Shown here: positions 56,559-64,000 of the stretch, piece after piece
Layout: each line of letters starts with the position of its first letter
Numbering within the stretch: position 1 is the stretch's first letter
Assembly (NCBI GenBank): GCA_049305795.1
Contig: JBAQPM010000006.1
Span: 38,902 to 102,901 of the forward strand
DNA length: 64,000 bases
Direction: 5' to 3'
DNA from: Minisyncoccia bacterium
Lineage (GTDB): Bacteria; Patescibacteriota; Minisyncoccia; Phycocordibacterales; Phycocordibacteraceae
Notes under the pieces: model-generated
What the model was told of the DNA's origin: nothing
Database searches by the model: none
What the model saw: the letters and a program-made list of their open reading frames with translations, nothing else
Position numbers and translations under genes: made by a program

Positions 56559-58481
56559 ATGACGGTAAACGAGGTACGCAGCCGCTATCTGGCCTTTTTT
56601 GAAAAACGGGAACACGCCATTATCCCCTCGGCTCCCATCGTTCCTGAAAACGACCCTACAACGCTTTTTACCTCAAGCGGCATGCAGCCCTTGGTGCCGT
56701 ATCTTCTGGGTGCACCACATCCCAAGGGAACCCGTCTGGCGGACTCACAAATTTCATTTCGAGCGGGGGATATTGAAGAAGTGGGAGATAATCGGCACAC
56801 TACTTTTTTTGAAATGCTCGGTAACTGGTCGCTTGGAGATTACTTCAAGAAAGAACAGCTTCCATGGATTTTTGAATTCCTCACCAGCAAAGAAGAAGGT
56901 CTTGGTTTTGATCCTGTAAAACTCTATGTAACCGTTTTTGATGGAGACGTTGAGGCAGGTATGGATCTTGATACCGAGGCAGTCGAAATATGGAAAGAAC
57001 TTTTTGCACAAAAAGGAATGGACGCTGCGCTAGTGCGCATTGGTACCGAAGAAGAGGGATATGAAAAGGGAATGCAGGGAGGACGCATCTTTTCCTACGG
57101 TTCAAAGAAAAACTGGTGGAGTCGTGCGGGTGTTCCCAAAAACATGCCACCCGGCGAGCCAGGAGGTCCCGACTCTGAAATTTTTTATGATTTTGAAACA
57201 CCCCATGACCTGAAATGGGGCAAGGAATGCCACGTGAACTGCGACTGCGGACGTTTTGTTGAGATTTCTAACTCAGTGTTCATGCAGTTCGTGAAAAACG
57301 CAGACGGTTCCTTCAGCGAGCTTCCAAATAAAAACGTGGATTTTGGAGGTGGGCTTGAGCGACTCGCCGCAGCAACTCTTGACAGTTCAGATGTTTTTAC
57401 CATCGATGTGTTTGCTGCACCGAGAGTAATTCTTGAAACTCGTTCTGGAAAAACATATGGAGAGAATGAACAAATAACACGTTCGTTTCGTATCATTCTT
57501 GACCACATCCGGGCGGCCACCTTTATGCTGGCTTCTGGTATTCGGCCGCAAAACAGTGAGCAGGGGTACGTGCTTCGTCGCCTTGTTCGTCGCGCCATAC
57601 GCGAAGCAGATCGTCTTGCTATTACAGATGCCATTCTTCCAGAAATTGCAGCGGCGTATGGGGAATCGTATGCCGGTGCCTATCCTTTTATACGAGAATC
57701 AGCAGAAAATATCCGCACCGAACTTTCCCAAGAAGAAGAGCGTTTTCGAAAAACCCTCACCCAAGGACTTCGTGAGTTTGAAAAATTTGCTGCTACCAAC
57801 GAAATTTCAGCAGATGCGGCGTTCACTCTTTTCACTACCTACGGCTTTCCTATTGAAATGACCGAAGAATTAGCAAAAGAACGTAACATTTCGATAGATC
57901 AAGCTTCTGTTGAAACTCGCCTGAAAGAACACCAAGCACAGTCACGTGCCGGAGCGGAACAAAAGTTTACCGGCGGCCTTGCCGACCACGCAGAACAGAC
58001 GGTCCGTTATCATACGGCTCATCATATTCTTCTCAAGGCATTGCAAATGGTATTGGGTCCTGAAGTGCACCAGCGGGGAAGTAACATCACGAGCGAGCGT
58101 TTGCGTATTGATTTTTCTTACGGACAGAAAATGACACCGGAACAAATTGCTGCAGTGGAAAAAATAGTAAATGAGAAAATCATTGAAGAGCTTCCCGTGT
58201 CTCGCACAGTTATGCCAAAAGAAGAAGCGGAGAAGTTTGGCGCGGAGCACGAATTTGGGGTGAAATACCCCGACATGGTTTCGGTATATTCCGTTGGTCC
58301 AAAAAATGCCACTCCCGAAAATCCAAATATAGACCAGGCTTTTTCAATCGAATTTTGTGGCGGCCCGCATGTTTCTAACACGCGCGAACTTGGCGAGGGA
58401 GGAAAGAAATTCAAGATTCTAAAAGAAGAAGCTTCCTCTGCCGGGGTGCGTCGTATCAAAGCAGTCTTGGTAGTTTCTTAA
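56559..58481 (+). CDS. alaS: alanyl-tRNA synthetase, short form lacking the C-Ala domain
   Basis: It has the AlaRS catalytic N-terminus and an editing domain with HTAHH and CGGPH. The protein ends at 640 aa. Confidence 0.9.
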   Translation: MTVNEVRSRYLAFFEKREHAIIPSAPIVPENDPTTLFTSSGMQPLVPYLLGAPHPKGTRLADSQISFRAGDIEEVGDNRHTTFFEMLGNWSLGDYFKKEQLPWIFEFLTSKEEGLGFDPVKLYVTVFDGDVEAGMDLDTEAVEIWKELFAQKGMDAALVRIGTEEEGYEKGMQGGRIFSYGSKKNWWSRAGVPKNMPPGEPGGPDSEIFYDFETPHDLKWGKECHVNCDCGRFVEISNSVFMQFVKNADGSFSELPNKNVDFGGGLERLAAATLDSSDVFTIDVFAAPRVILETRSGKTYGENEQITRSFRIILDHIRAATFMLASGIRPQNSEQGYVLRRLVRRAIREADRLAITDAILPEIAAAYGESYAGAYPFIRESAENIRTELSQEEERFRKTLTQGLREFEKFAATNEISADAAFTLFTTYGFPIEMTEELAKERNISIDQASVETRLKEHQAQSRAGAEQKFTGGLADHAEQTVRYHTAHHILLKALQMVLGPEVHQRGSNITSERLRIDFSYGQKMTPEQIAAVEKIVNEKIIEELPVSRTVMPKEEAEKFGAEHEFGVKYPDMVSVYSVGPKNATPENPNIDQAFSIEFCGGPHVSNTRELGEGGKKFKILKEEASSAGVRRIKAVLVVS

Positions 58482-58547
58482 ATTCTTATAGGTATTTATT
58501 CGTTCTCACCTCAACGTTTTAGCTAAAGATGTTTTATACTTGAAGAC

Positions 58548-59708
58548 ATGTCGTTCTTCAGGCGTCTATTTGGAAATTCCCATGCAGAGTCGGTGGTACT
58601 CATTGATATCGGCTCCGGTTCCATCGGCGGCGCGTATGCCGTTTTGAAAGAAAAAAACTATCCGACCATTTGTTACACCTGCCGGATACCCATCCGTACA
58701 AGCGAACCAATTCCAACGATTGATGATCTTTCAATAACCCTTCGCGAAGTGACACGCTTGCTGGTGACGCATGGCGCAAGCGAATTACGGCGTATGACTG
58801 GCAGTGGAAGCGTGGGACGCGCCGTTGTTTCGGTCGCATCTCCTTGGCAAGAAACGACGGTTCGTATTGCCCGCACCGAACGAGACAAACCCTTTGTTTT
58901 TACGCGTTCACTCTTAAATGAACTCGTTGCAAAGGAGGCGCATCTGCCTTCCGGACGCACATCGACCGGCGAGTCGGTGATCGCAACCCTATTGAATGGG
59001 TATGAAATACAAGAACCCTTCAATAAAAGAGTTCGCCACGCAGAAGTTGTTATTCTTTCTGAAAATATCGTTACTGAAGCGGTAACCATTATTGAGACGC
59101 GAGTGCGGGAAGCCTTTCACCTACATGAAGTAACGCTCACCGCATTTGCGCCGCTTGCGTATACGGTGTTTCGCGATGTATATCCCCATGAAAATGATTA
59201 CCTCATGCTCGACATTGCAGGAGCCGCTACCGATGTGGCCCTTGTAAAACGACACCTTCTTACGTCAATGGCCTCAATACCCAGAGGAGTAGGGAATCTC
59301 ATGCAGGGATTTAAAAAGAGTATGGGAGAAGCACCTCCAAGAGAATCCTCCGCAGCAAACAACATTCGTCTTGTTCTTGACGTCAAACCAAATGCAAAGT
59401 TTGAAGCAGTGCGCTCCGAATGGATTACCGGTTTACGAGATGCGTTGCGAAAAATGTCGAACGAACAAGCATTACCGCGAACTCTTTTCCTCCTCTCGGA
59501 TGATTCTGAGCGTGAATATTTACATCACACGCTTGATGATTCTGCACTCCGGTCACTCTGGCTCTCTGAAACACCATTGTCGATTATTCCAGTTCTTCCA
59601 TCCCATTTTGCACCCTATGTTAAAACATCGGGGTCTGCCCATGCTGATGTATTTCTCATGCTGTTGGCGCTATTTTTGCGTAAACGCATCGAAACCCTGC
59701 ACGCATAG
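58548..59708 (+). CDS. actin-like (ASKHA) ATPase-fold protein, PilM/FtsA-like
   Basis: The phosphate-1 motif is VLIDIGSGSIGGAY and the phosphate-2-like motif is MLDIAGAATDVALV. Confidence 0.4.
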   Translation: MSFFRRLFGNSHAESVVLIDIGSGSIGGAYAVLKEKNYPTICYTCRIPIRTSEPIPTIDDLSITLREVTRLLVTHGASELRRMTGSGSVGRAVVSVASPWQETTVRIARTERDKPFVFTRSLLNELVAKEAHLPSGRTSTGESVIATLLNGYEIQEPFNKRVRHAEVVILSENIVTEAVTIIETRVREAFHLHEVTLTAFAPLAYTVFRDVYPHENDYLMLDIAGAATDVALVKRHLLTSMASIPRGVGNLMQGFKKSMGEAPPRESSAANNIRLVLDVKPNAKFEAVRSEWITGLRDALRKMSNEQALPRTLFLLSDDSEREYLHHTLDDSALRSLWLSETPLSIIPVLPSHFAPYVKTSGSAHADVFLMLLALFLRKRIETLHA

Positions 59709-59768
59709 CAGCCATTAGGGTGTTATGAACACTCCTTCATTCCCCTAGACTGTGGTGCGGGGTATACT

Positions 59769-61022
59769 TTGCCTACTATGCCGCGAACCATAAACGATAT
59801 TATTCCACCTTCTCGCAGAAAGCCTCAGGTTACTGTGGAAGCGCCATCTTCCTTTGAAGCTCCGCCACGTGAAGATCCTATGCCGCCGACATTCGGGCGC
59901 CCACGATCGCGTTTCCCGTGGGGAACTGCACTTGTTGCGCTTGTGGTAGTTTCGGTTAGCGTGGGCGCGTTGTTTATTTTTGCGGGAGCAAAGATCCAAA
60001 TTGATCCCCAAACAGCACAAGGAACCGTGACCGGGACCTTTACCGCAACAGCACAGTCAGGAGAACTTCCGTATATGCTTGTTTCAGTGCAGAAAATTGC
60101 AAGTCAGAGTGTTCCTGCAGAAAGCACCGTGACGGCAAACGATGCCGCGTCGGGAACCATCACCATTTACAACGAACAGGCAAAAGCACAACCGCTCATA
60201 AAAAATACGCGCTTTGAGACCGCAAATGGCCTTATCTATCGTATCCATAACTCAGTCACGGTACCAGCAGCTTCCGCCGGGAAACCAGGAACCCTGACGG
60301 CAACTGTGTATGCTGATTCCCCAGGTGATTCTTACAACGTAGGAGCATCAAACTTTACTCTTCCCGGCCTTGCTGGAACTCCACAGGCTTCGCAAGTATA
60401 TGCAAAATCAGTTTCTCCAATGACGGGTGGTTTTTCAGGGACTCGCCCTTCAGTAAGCCAGGCGACTGATGATGCCCAGCACGCAGCTCTTCAAACAGCA
60501 CTTGCCTCCGAAATTCAGGCCGCAGTAGCGGCACAGGTTCCGGAAGGGTATGTGCTTATTCCTGGGGCGGTAACTACAACCTACACACCTCTTACTGATA
60601 TGGGAGATGCAAACGGGGGAGTGCTTGTTCGCATGCAAGCAGATGCGACCGCTGTTGTGTTCCCGAAAGAGGCGCTTGCAAGAGCAGTCGCTATGGAGAT
60701 AGCTCCTAGCCTTTATAAGGGCGAGCCAGTCGACTTTCTCGACGTAAAAGGATTAACCCTCAGACCCGCAGAGGGAGCCGCGTCCGATGCGTCCTTTAGC
60801 TTCTCTTTGAATGGCAGCACGACCATCGTGTGGCAGGTAAACATCGAAAAGATTCAAGCTGCGGTTGCAGGGAAGTCAAAAGCGGCTGCAGGCGTGGTTA
60901 TTTCGGGACTTCCGGAAATTGCAAAAGGTTCCGTCGTTGTTCGGCCGTTTTGGAAGGGTACATTGCCCCAAGATCCGACAAAAATAACGGTGGAAGTCAA
61001 TAAACCTGAGGCCTCCAATTGA
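59769..61022 (+). CDS. bitopic membrane protein with PilN-like N-terminus and Ala/Thr/Ser-rich extracytoplasmic domain
   Basis: The N-terminus INDIIPPSRR resembles the PilN INLLPxR motif. It has a single TM (ALVALVVVSVSVGALFIF). Confidence 0.4.
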   Translation: MPTMPRTINDIIPPSRRKPQVTVEAPSSFEAPPREDPMPPTFGRPRSRFPWGTALVALVVVSVSVGALFIFAGAKIQIDPQTAQGTVTGTFTATAQSGELPYMLVSVQKIASQSVPAESTVTANDAASGTITIYNEQAKAQPLIKNTRFETANGLIYRIHNSVTVPAASAGKPGTLTATVYADSPGDSYNVGASNFTLPGLAGTPQASQVYAKSVSPMTGGFSGTRPSVSQATDDAQHAALQTALASEIQAAVAAQVPEGYVLIPGAVTTTYTPLTDMGDANGGVLVRMQADATAVVFPKEALARAVAMEIAPSLYKGEPVDFLDVKGLTLRPAEGAASDASFSFSLNGSTTIVWQVNIEKIQAAVAGKSKAAAGVVISGLPEIAKGSVVVRPFWKGTLPQDPTKITVEVNKPEASN

Positions 61023-61061
61023 CGAGGATACGATGTACTGCTAAGATAATGAGCGCTTCAC

Positions 61062-61283
61062 ATGGAGGAAAATAGCGAGAAAAAAGAGGCACCGACAGGA
61101 GTCGTCGAAGAGGTGCTTCCGAACTCGTTATTCCGGGTACGGATGCCTTCGGACGAGCTTCTTTTAGCCTATCTTGCAGGGAAAATGCGTCTTCATAGAA
61201 TTCGCGTTCTCGTTGGAGATCAGGTTGAACTGGTGCTTGATCCATACGGCGGAAAGGCCCGTATTGTGAGGCGACTTAGCTAA
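61062..61283 (+). CDS. infA: translation initiation factor IF-1
   Basis: It has an S1-like fold and is 73 aa. Confidence 0.9.
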   Translation: MEENSEKKEAPTGVVEEVLPNSLFRVRMPSDELLLAYLAGKMRLHRIRVLVGDQVELVLDPYGGKARIVRRLS

Positions 61284-61306
61284 GTTAAACGTTTTTAAAA
61301 CTCAAT

Positions 61307-61423
61307 ATGAAGGTGCGTGCTTCTATTAAAAAACAACAGCCGGGAGATATCCTTGTCCGCCGCCGCGGACGCTTGTACCGTATCAATAAGCGCAATCCCC
61401 GTCGCAAGGCACGCCAGGGCTAG
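61307..61423 (+). CDS. rpmJ: 50S ribosomal protein L36, cysteine-free (zinc-less) variant
   Basis: The translation is [38 protein letters not shown]. The ORF is below the 60-aa cutoff of the supplied track. Confidence 0.8.
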   Translation: MKVRASIKKQQPGDILVRRRGRLYRINKRNPRRKARQG

Positions 61424-61449
61424 ATTTACATCATTATTTAACCGTATCC

Positions 61450-61830
61450 ATGCGTATCTCCGGAGTTACCATTTCTGACGAAAAACAGCTTGCGTATTCA
61501 CTACCGCAGATTTTTGGTATTGGTCCAACACGCGCAAAAAATATTTTGAATGAAGCGGGAGTAGCACTTACTGCAAAAGGCAAAGATTTGAATTCAGAGC
61601 AGGAACAAAAAATCCGCGCGCTTGCAGAAGCTTTTGTCATAGAAGGAGAGCTTCGTCGGGAAATCGGCCAAAATATCAAACGACTCAAAGATATTCGTTC
61701 TATTCGCGGAAGTCGTCATGAACGACACCTTCCAGTTCGTGGCGGTCGCACGAAAACCAATTCACGCACTGTTCGTGGAAACGTGCGTAGAACCATGGGT
61801 TCAGGTCGCCGTACGCTCGAGAAGACATAA
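61450..61830 (+). CDS. rpsM: 30S ribosomal protein S13
   Basis: The translation contains MRISGV...IFGIG. Confidence 0.95.
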   Translation: MRISGVTISDEKQLAYSLPQIFGIGPTRAKNILNEAGVALTAKGKDLNSEQEQKIRALAEAFVIEGELRREIGQNIKRLKDIRSIRGSRHERHLPVRGGRTKTNSRTVRGNVRRTMGSGRRTLEKT

Positions 61831-61859
61831 TTCTCAGCATATTTTCGTAACAACATCCT

Positions 61860-62294
61860 ATGGGTAAAAAACGTATCATCAAAAAATCAGGAAGAGGTCT
61901 TGATCAAGGACGCAAAGAGCGCGCCCTTTCAAAGATTGCAAAAAAGCGTGTCGAGCGTGGCATTTTACACATTGAAGCAACCTTTAATAACACGAAGGCA
62001 GTGCTCACCGATGAAAAAGGTAATGCCATTATGTCTTCCTCGGCAGGCGCCCTTGGTTTTTCTGGAGCTCGAAAATCAACTCCTTATGCCGCAGCAAAGG
62101 TTGGTGAACTCCTTGGTGAAAAGGGAGGCCTTGTAGGCCTCAAAGAGGCTTCAGTCATCATTCGTGGTGTTGGAGCAGGTCGCGAGTCAGCACTTCGTGG
62201 TTTTGCGGGAAAGGGTATTCAAATCCGCTCTATCAAGGATGCGACCCCCGTTCCTCACAACGGCCCTCGTCCTCCTAAGCCTCGCCGCATCTAA
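61860..62294 (+). CDS. rpsK: 30S ribosomal protein S11
   Basis: The S11 core GILHIEATFNNT is present. Confidence 0.95.
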   Translation: MGKKRIIKKSGRGLDQGRKERALSKIAKKRVERGILHIEATFNNTKAVLTDEKGNAIMSSSAGALGFSGARKSTPYAAAKVGELLGEKGGLVGLKEASVIIRGVGAGRESALRGFAGKGIQIRSIKDATPVPHNGPRPPKPRRI

Positions 62295-62303
62295 TCTTTT
62301 TCT

Positions 62304-62912
62304 ATGAAAATCGGACCAAAATACAAAATAGCAAAACGACTCGGACCCTCAGTCTTCGAGAAGACGCAAACCCAAAAGTTTGCGCTTTCACAAGAACGAA
62401 AGGCAAAAGCAAAAGGTCGTCCGCGCAATGCTTCTGAATACGGCAAACAGCTTCTTGAGAAACAGAAGGTGCGCATTACCTACGGCCTTTCAGAGAAACA
62501 GTTTGGTAACTACGTTGCAAAGGCAATGGAAGAACACGGCGCAAATCCTGCTGAAATTTTGCATCGATACCTTGAGCTTCGTCTCGACAGCGTTATTTAT
62601 CGCCTCGGACTTGCAAAAACCCGGCGCGCTGCGCGCCAGATGGTTTCTCACGGCCACATCACCGTAAACGGTAAAAAGACCACCATCCCTTCCCAGTACA
62701 TTAAGATTGGAGACCGCATTGCGATTCGCGGAGGCAGCAAAGCAAGCGTCATGTTCGAAGGATTCGCTGAGCGATTTATGGAACGTCCGCTTGCCTCATG
62801 GCTCTCATGGAATCCCAAAGACATGGAGGGAGGTATTTCTGATCTTCCTTCAGTTGCATCTGCGGATCCTGCGGGAGATTTGGGTGCCGTGCTTTCGTTT
62901 TATAGTCGTTAA
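62304..62912 (+). CDS. rpsD: 30S ribosomal protein S4
   Basis: The S4 N-terminus and an S4 RNA-binding domain are present. Confidence 0.95.
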   Translation: MKIGPKYKIAKRLGPSVFEKTQTQKFALSQERKAKAKGRPRNASEYGKQLLEKQKVRITYGLSEKQFGNYVAKAMEEHGANPAEILHRYLELRLDSVIYRLGLAKTRRAARQMVSHGHITVNGKKTTIPSQYIKIGDRIAIRGGSKASVMFEGFAERFMERPLASWLSWNPKDMEGGISDLPSVASADPAGDLGAVLSFYSR

Positions 62913-62938
62913 TTTACTACCAGGTAATCGATTGAGTT

Positions 62939-63895
62939 ATGGAATACCACATTACACTTCCGTCAAAGCCCCGTGTTGTTTCTGAAGATGAACTTTCAGG
63001 AACGTACGAAATAGATTCTTTGTACCCAGGGTACGGTCACACGCTTGGCAACAGCCTTCGTCGCATTATTCTTTCTTCACTTCCTGGTGCGGCAGTCACG
63101 TCGGTGAAAATCGAAGGCGTTCCCCATGAATTCGCTACTATCGAAGGCGTGCGTGAGACTATGCTTGAGCTTATTTTGAACCTCAAGCGTGTTCACTTTG
63201 TGCTCCATGGTGACGAGGCACAGACCATTCGTCTTTCAGTCAAAGGCCCTAAAAAGGTTACGGCCGCAGATTTCGAACTCCCATCGCAGGTTGAAATAAA
63301 AAATCCTGAACAATACGTTGCCGATGTTTCTGGAAAAATTCCTTTTGAATTTGAGGCAACGATTGAACGCGGACTCGGCTATGTTCCTCGCGAACTTCTC
63401 ACCAAAGAAAAGGTTGATATCGGCACAATTGCGCTTGATGCAACCTTCACACCGATTCGTCGCGTGAACTACGAAGTTGAAAATATGCGTGTCGGTGACC
63501 GAACTGACTTCAACCGTCTTCGCATTCTCATCGAAACCAACGGCACTATCATGCCGCGCGAAGCGCTTGAACGTTCTGTTGAAGTCATGATTCATCAGTT
63601 GAAGGCAGTCGTTGGTTTCCAGGAGGAAGCTTCTTCGGAGACTCATGAGGATGCTTCTCATTCCTCAGCTGTTGTTGAGAGTACTGACAAAGATGCCACA
63701 AAAGTGAAAGTTGCTGACCTTGGTCTTTCAGCTCGCATCACAGCTGCCCTTGAAGAAGCTGGCATCAAATCGGCGGCAGGACTTGCGCGCAAGTCAGCAA
63801 GCACTCTTAAGGAGCTTGACGGCATTGGAGACAAGGCCATTGATGAAATCGAGTCTGCACTTACCGATATTGGACTATCGCTCAAAGGAGAATAA
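62939..63895 (+). CDS. rpoA: DNA-directed RNA polymerase subunit alpha
   Basis: The N-terminal dimerisation domain YGHTLGNSLRR and a C-terminal domain are present. Confidence 0.95.
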   Translation: MEYHITLPSKPRVVSEDELSGTYEIDSLYPGYGHTLGNSLRRIILSSLPGAAVTSVKIEGVPHEFATIEGVRETMLELILNLKRVHFVLHGDEAQTIRLSVKGPKKVTAADFELPSQVEIKNPEQYVADVSGKIPFEFEATIERGLGYVPRELLTKEKVDIGTIALDATFTPIRRVNYEVENMRVGDRTDFNRLRILIETNGTIMPREALERSVEVMIHQLKAVVGFQEEASSETHEDASHSSAVVESTDKDATKVKVADLGLSARITAALEEAGIKSAAGLARKSASTLKELDGIGDKAIDEIESALTDIGLSLKGE

Positions 63896-63922
63896 CGATA
63901 GACACGTTTACTGATTACTACC

Positions 63923-64000
63923 ATGCGTCACCACCACAAAGGCCGTTCACTCTCTCGACCAAAGAACCAGCGACAAGCGCTGTTGCGCTCTCTTGCGCGC
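63923..64000 (+). CDS. rplQ: 50S ribosomal protein L17 (3'-truncated by window end)
   Basis: The translation begins MRHHHKGRSLSRPKNQRQALLRSLA. Confidence 0.75.
   Translation, partial: MRHHHKGRSLSRPKNQRQALLRSLAR

Overview
This is a gene-dense bacterial chromosomal segment of roughly 50% GC, coded almost entirely on the + strand. I infer a reduced-genome, CPR/Patescibacteria-like lineage from several minimal gene forms: AlaRS without the C-Ala domain, a 459-aa UvrC without HhH, an 81-aa ATP-synthase epsilon, a cysteine-less L36, a Tgt lacking its CxCxxC zinc site, and DUF5671-like and YibE/F-like membrane proteins. All features are called by eye from the supplied translations and the raw DNA; no database search was possible.

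Layout of the window:
- The 5' end holds an acidic tandem-repeat protein, small nucleases and hydrolases (GIY-YIG, HIT, pirin), and a secreted PGB-PKD-IPT protein.
- A TraG/VirD4/TrwB-like P-loop ATPase (917 aa) is followed by an 849-aa coiled-coil, Gly-zipper membrane protein, a small acidic ORF and an FKBP.
- Then come tgt, uvrB, a histidine kinase with a receiver-only response regulator, uvrA, uvrC, ddl and a PCD gene.
- A roughly 2.7-kb lower-GC islet of hypothetical genes lies next to tRNA-Ala(TGC). It is bounded by nested direct and inverted repeats that copy the tRNA 3' end.
- Next are an S1C protease, a Nudix gene, tRNA-Pro(GGG), a CapA-like gene, a DUF1003 gene with 24-bp tandem repeats, and tRNA-Ala(GGC).
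- A complete F1F0 ATP-synthase operon (atpB-E-F-H-A-G-D-C) has a YjjX-type ITPase/XTPase gene inserted between atpA and atpG.
- After ychF comes leuS, whose product carries an inserted Nudix-hydrolase domain with a complete GX5EX7REUXEEXGU box.
- Further genes: a sigma-70 region-4/HARE-HTH protein, mltG, mnmA, a cluster of an ATP-cone-Mrr nuclease, a Cas4-like nuclease and ung, a minus-strand M13 peptidase, alaS, and a PilM/PilN-like pair.
- The window ends with the tail of a ribosomal operon: infA, rpmJ, rpsM, rpsK, rpsD, rpoA and the start of rplQ.

The strongest candidate for a previously undescribed system is the LeuRS-Nudix fusion. It is followed by the tRNA-Ala integration islet, the TraG-like ATPase module, the nucleotide-sanitising gene embedded in the ATP-synthase operon, and the ATP-cone-Mrr/Cas4-like/UDG cluster.
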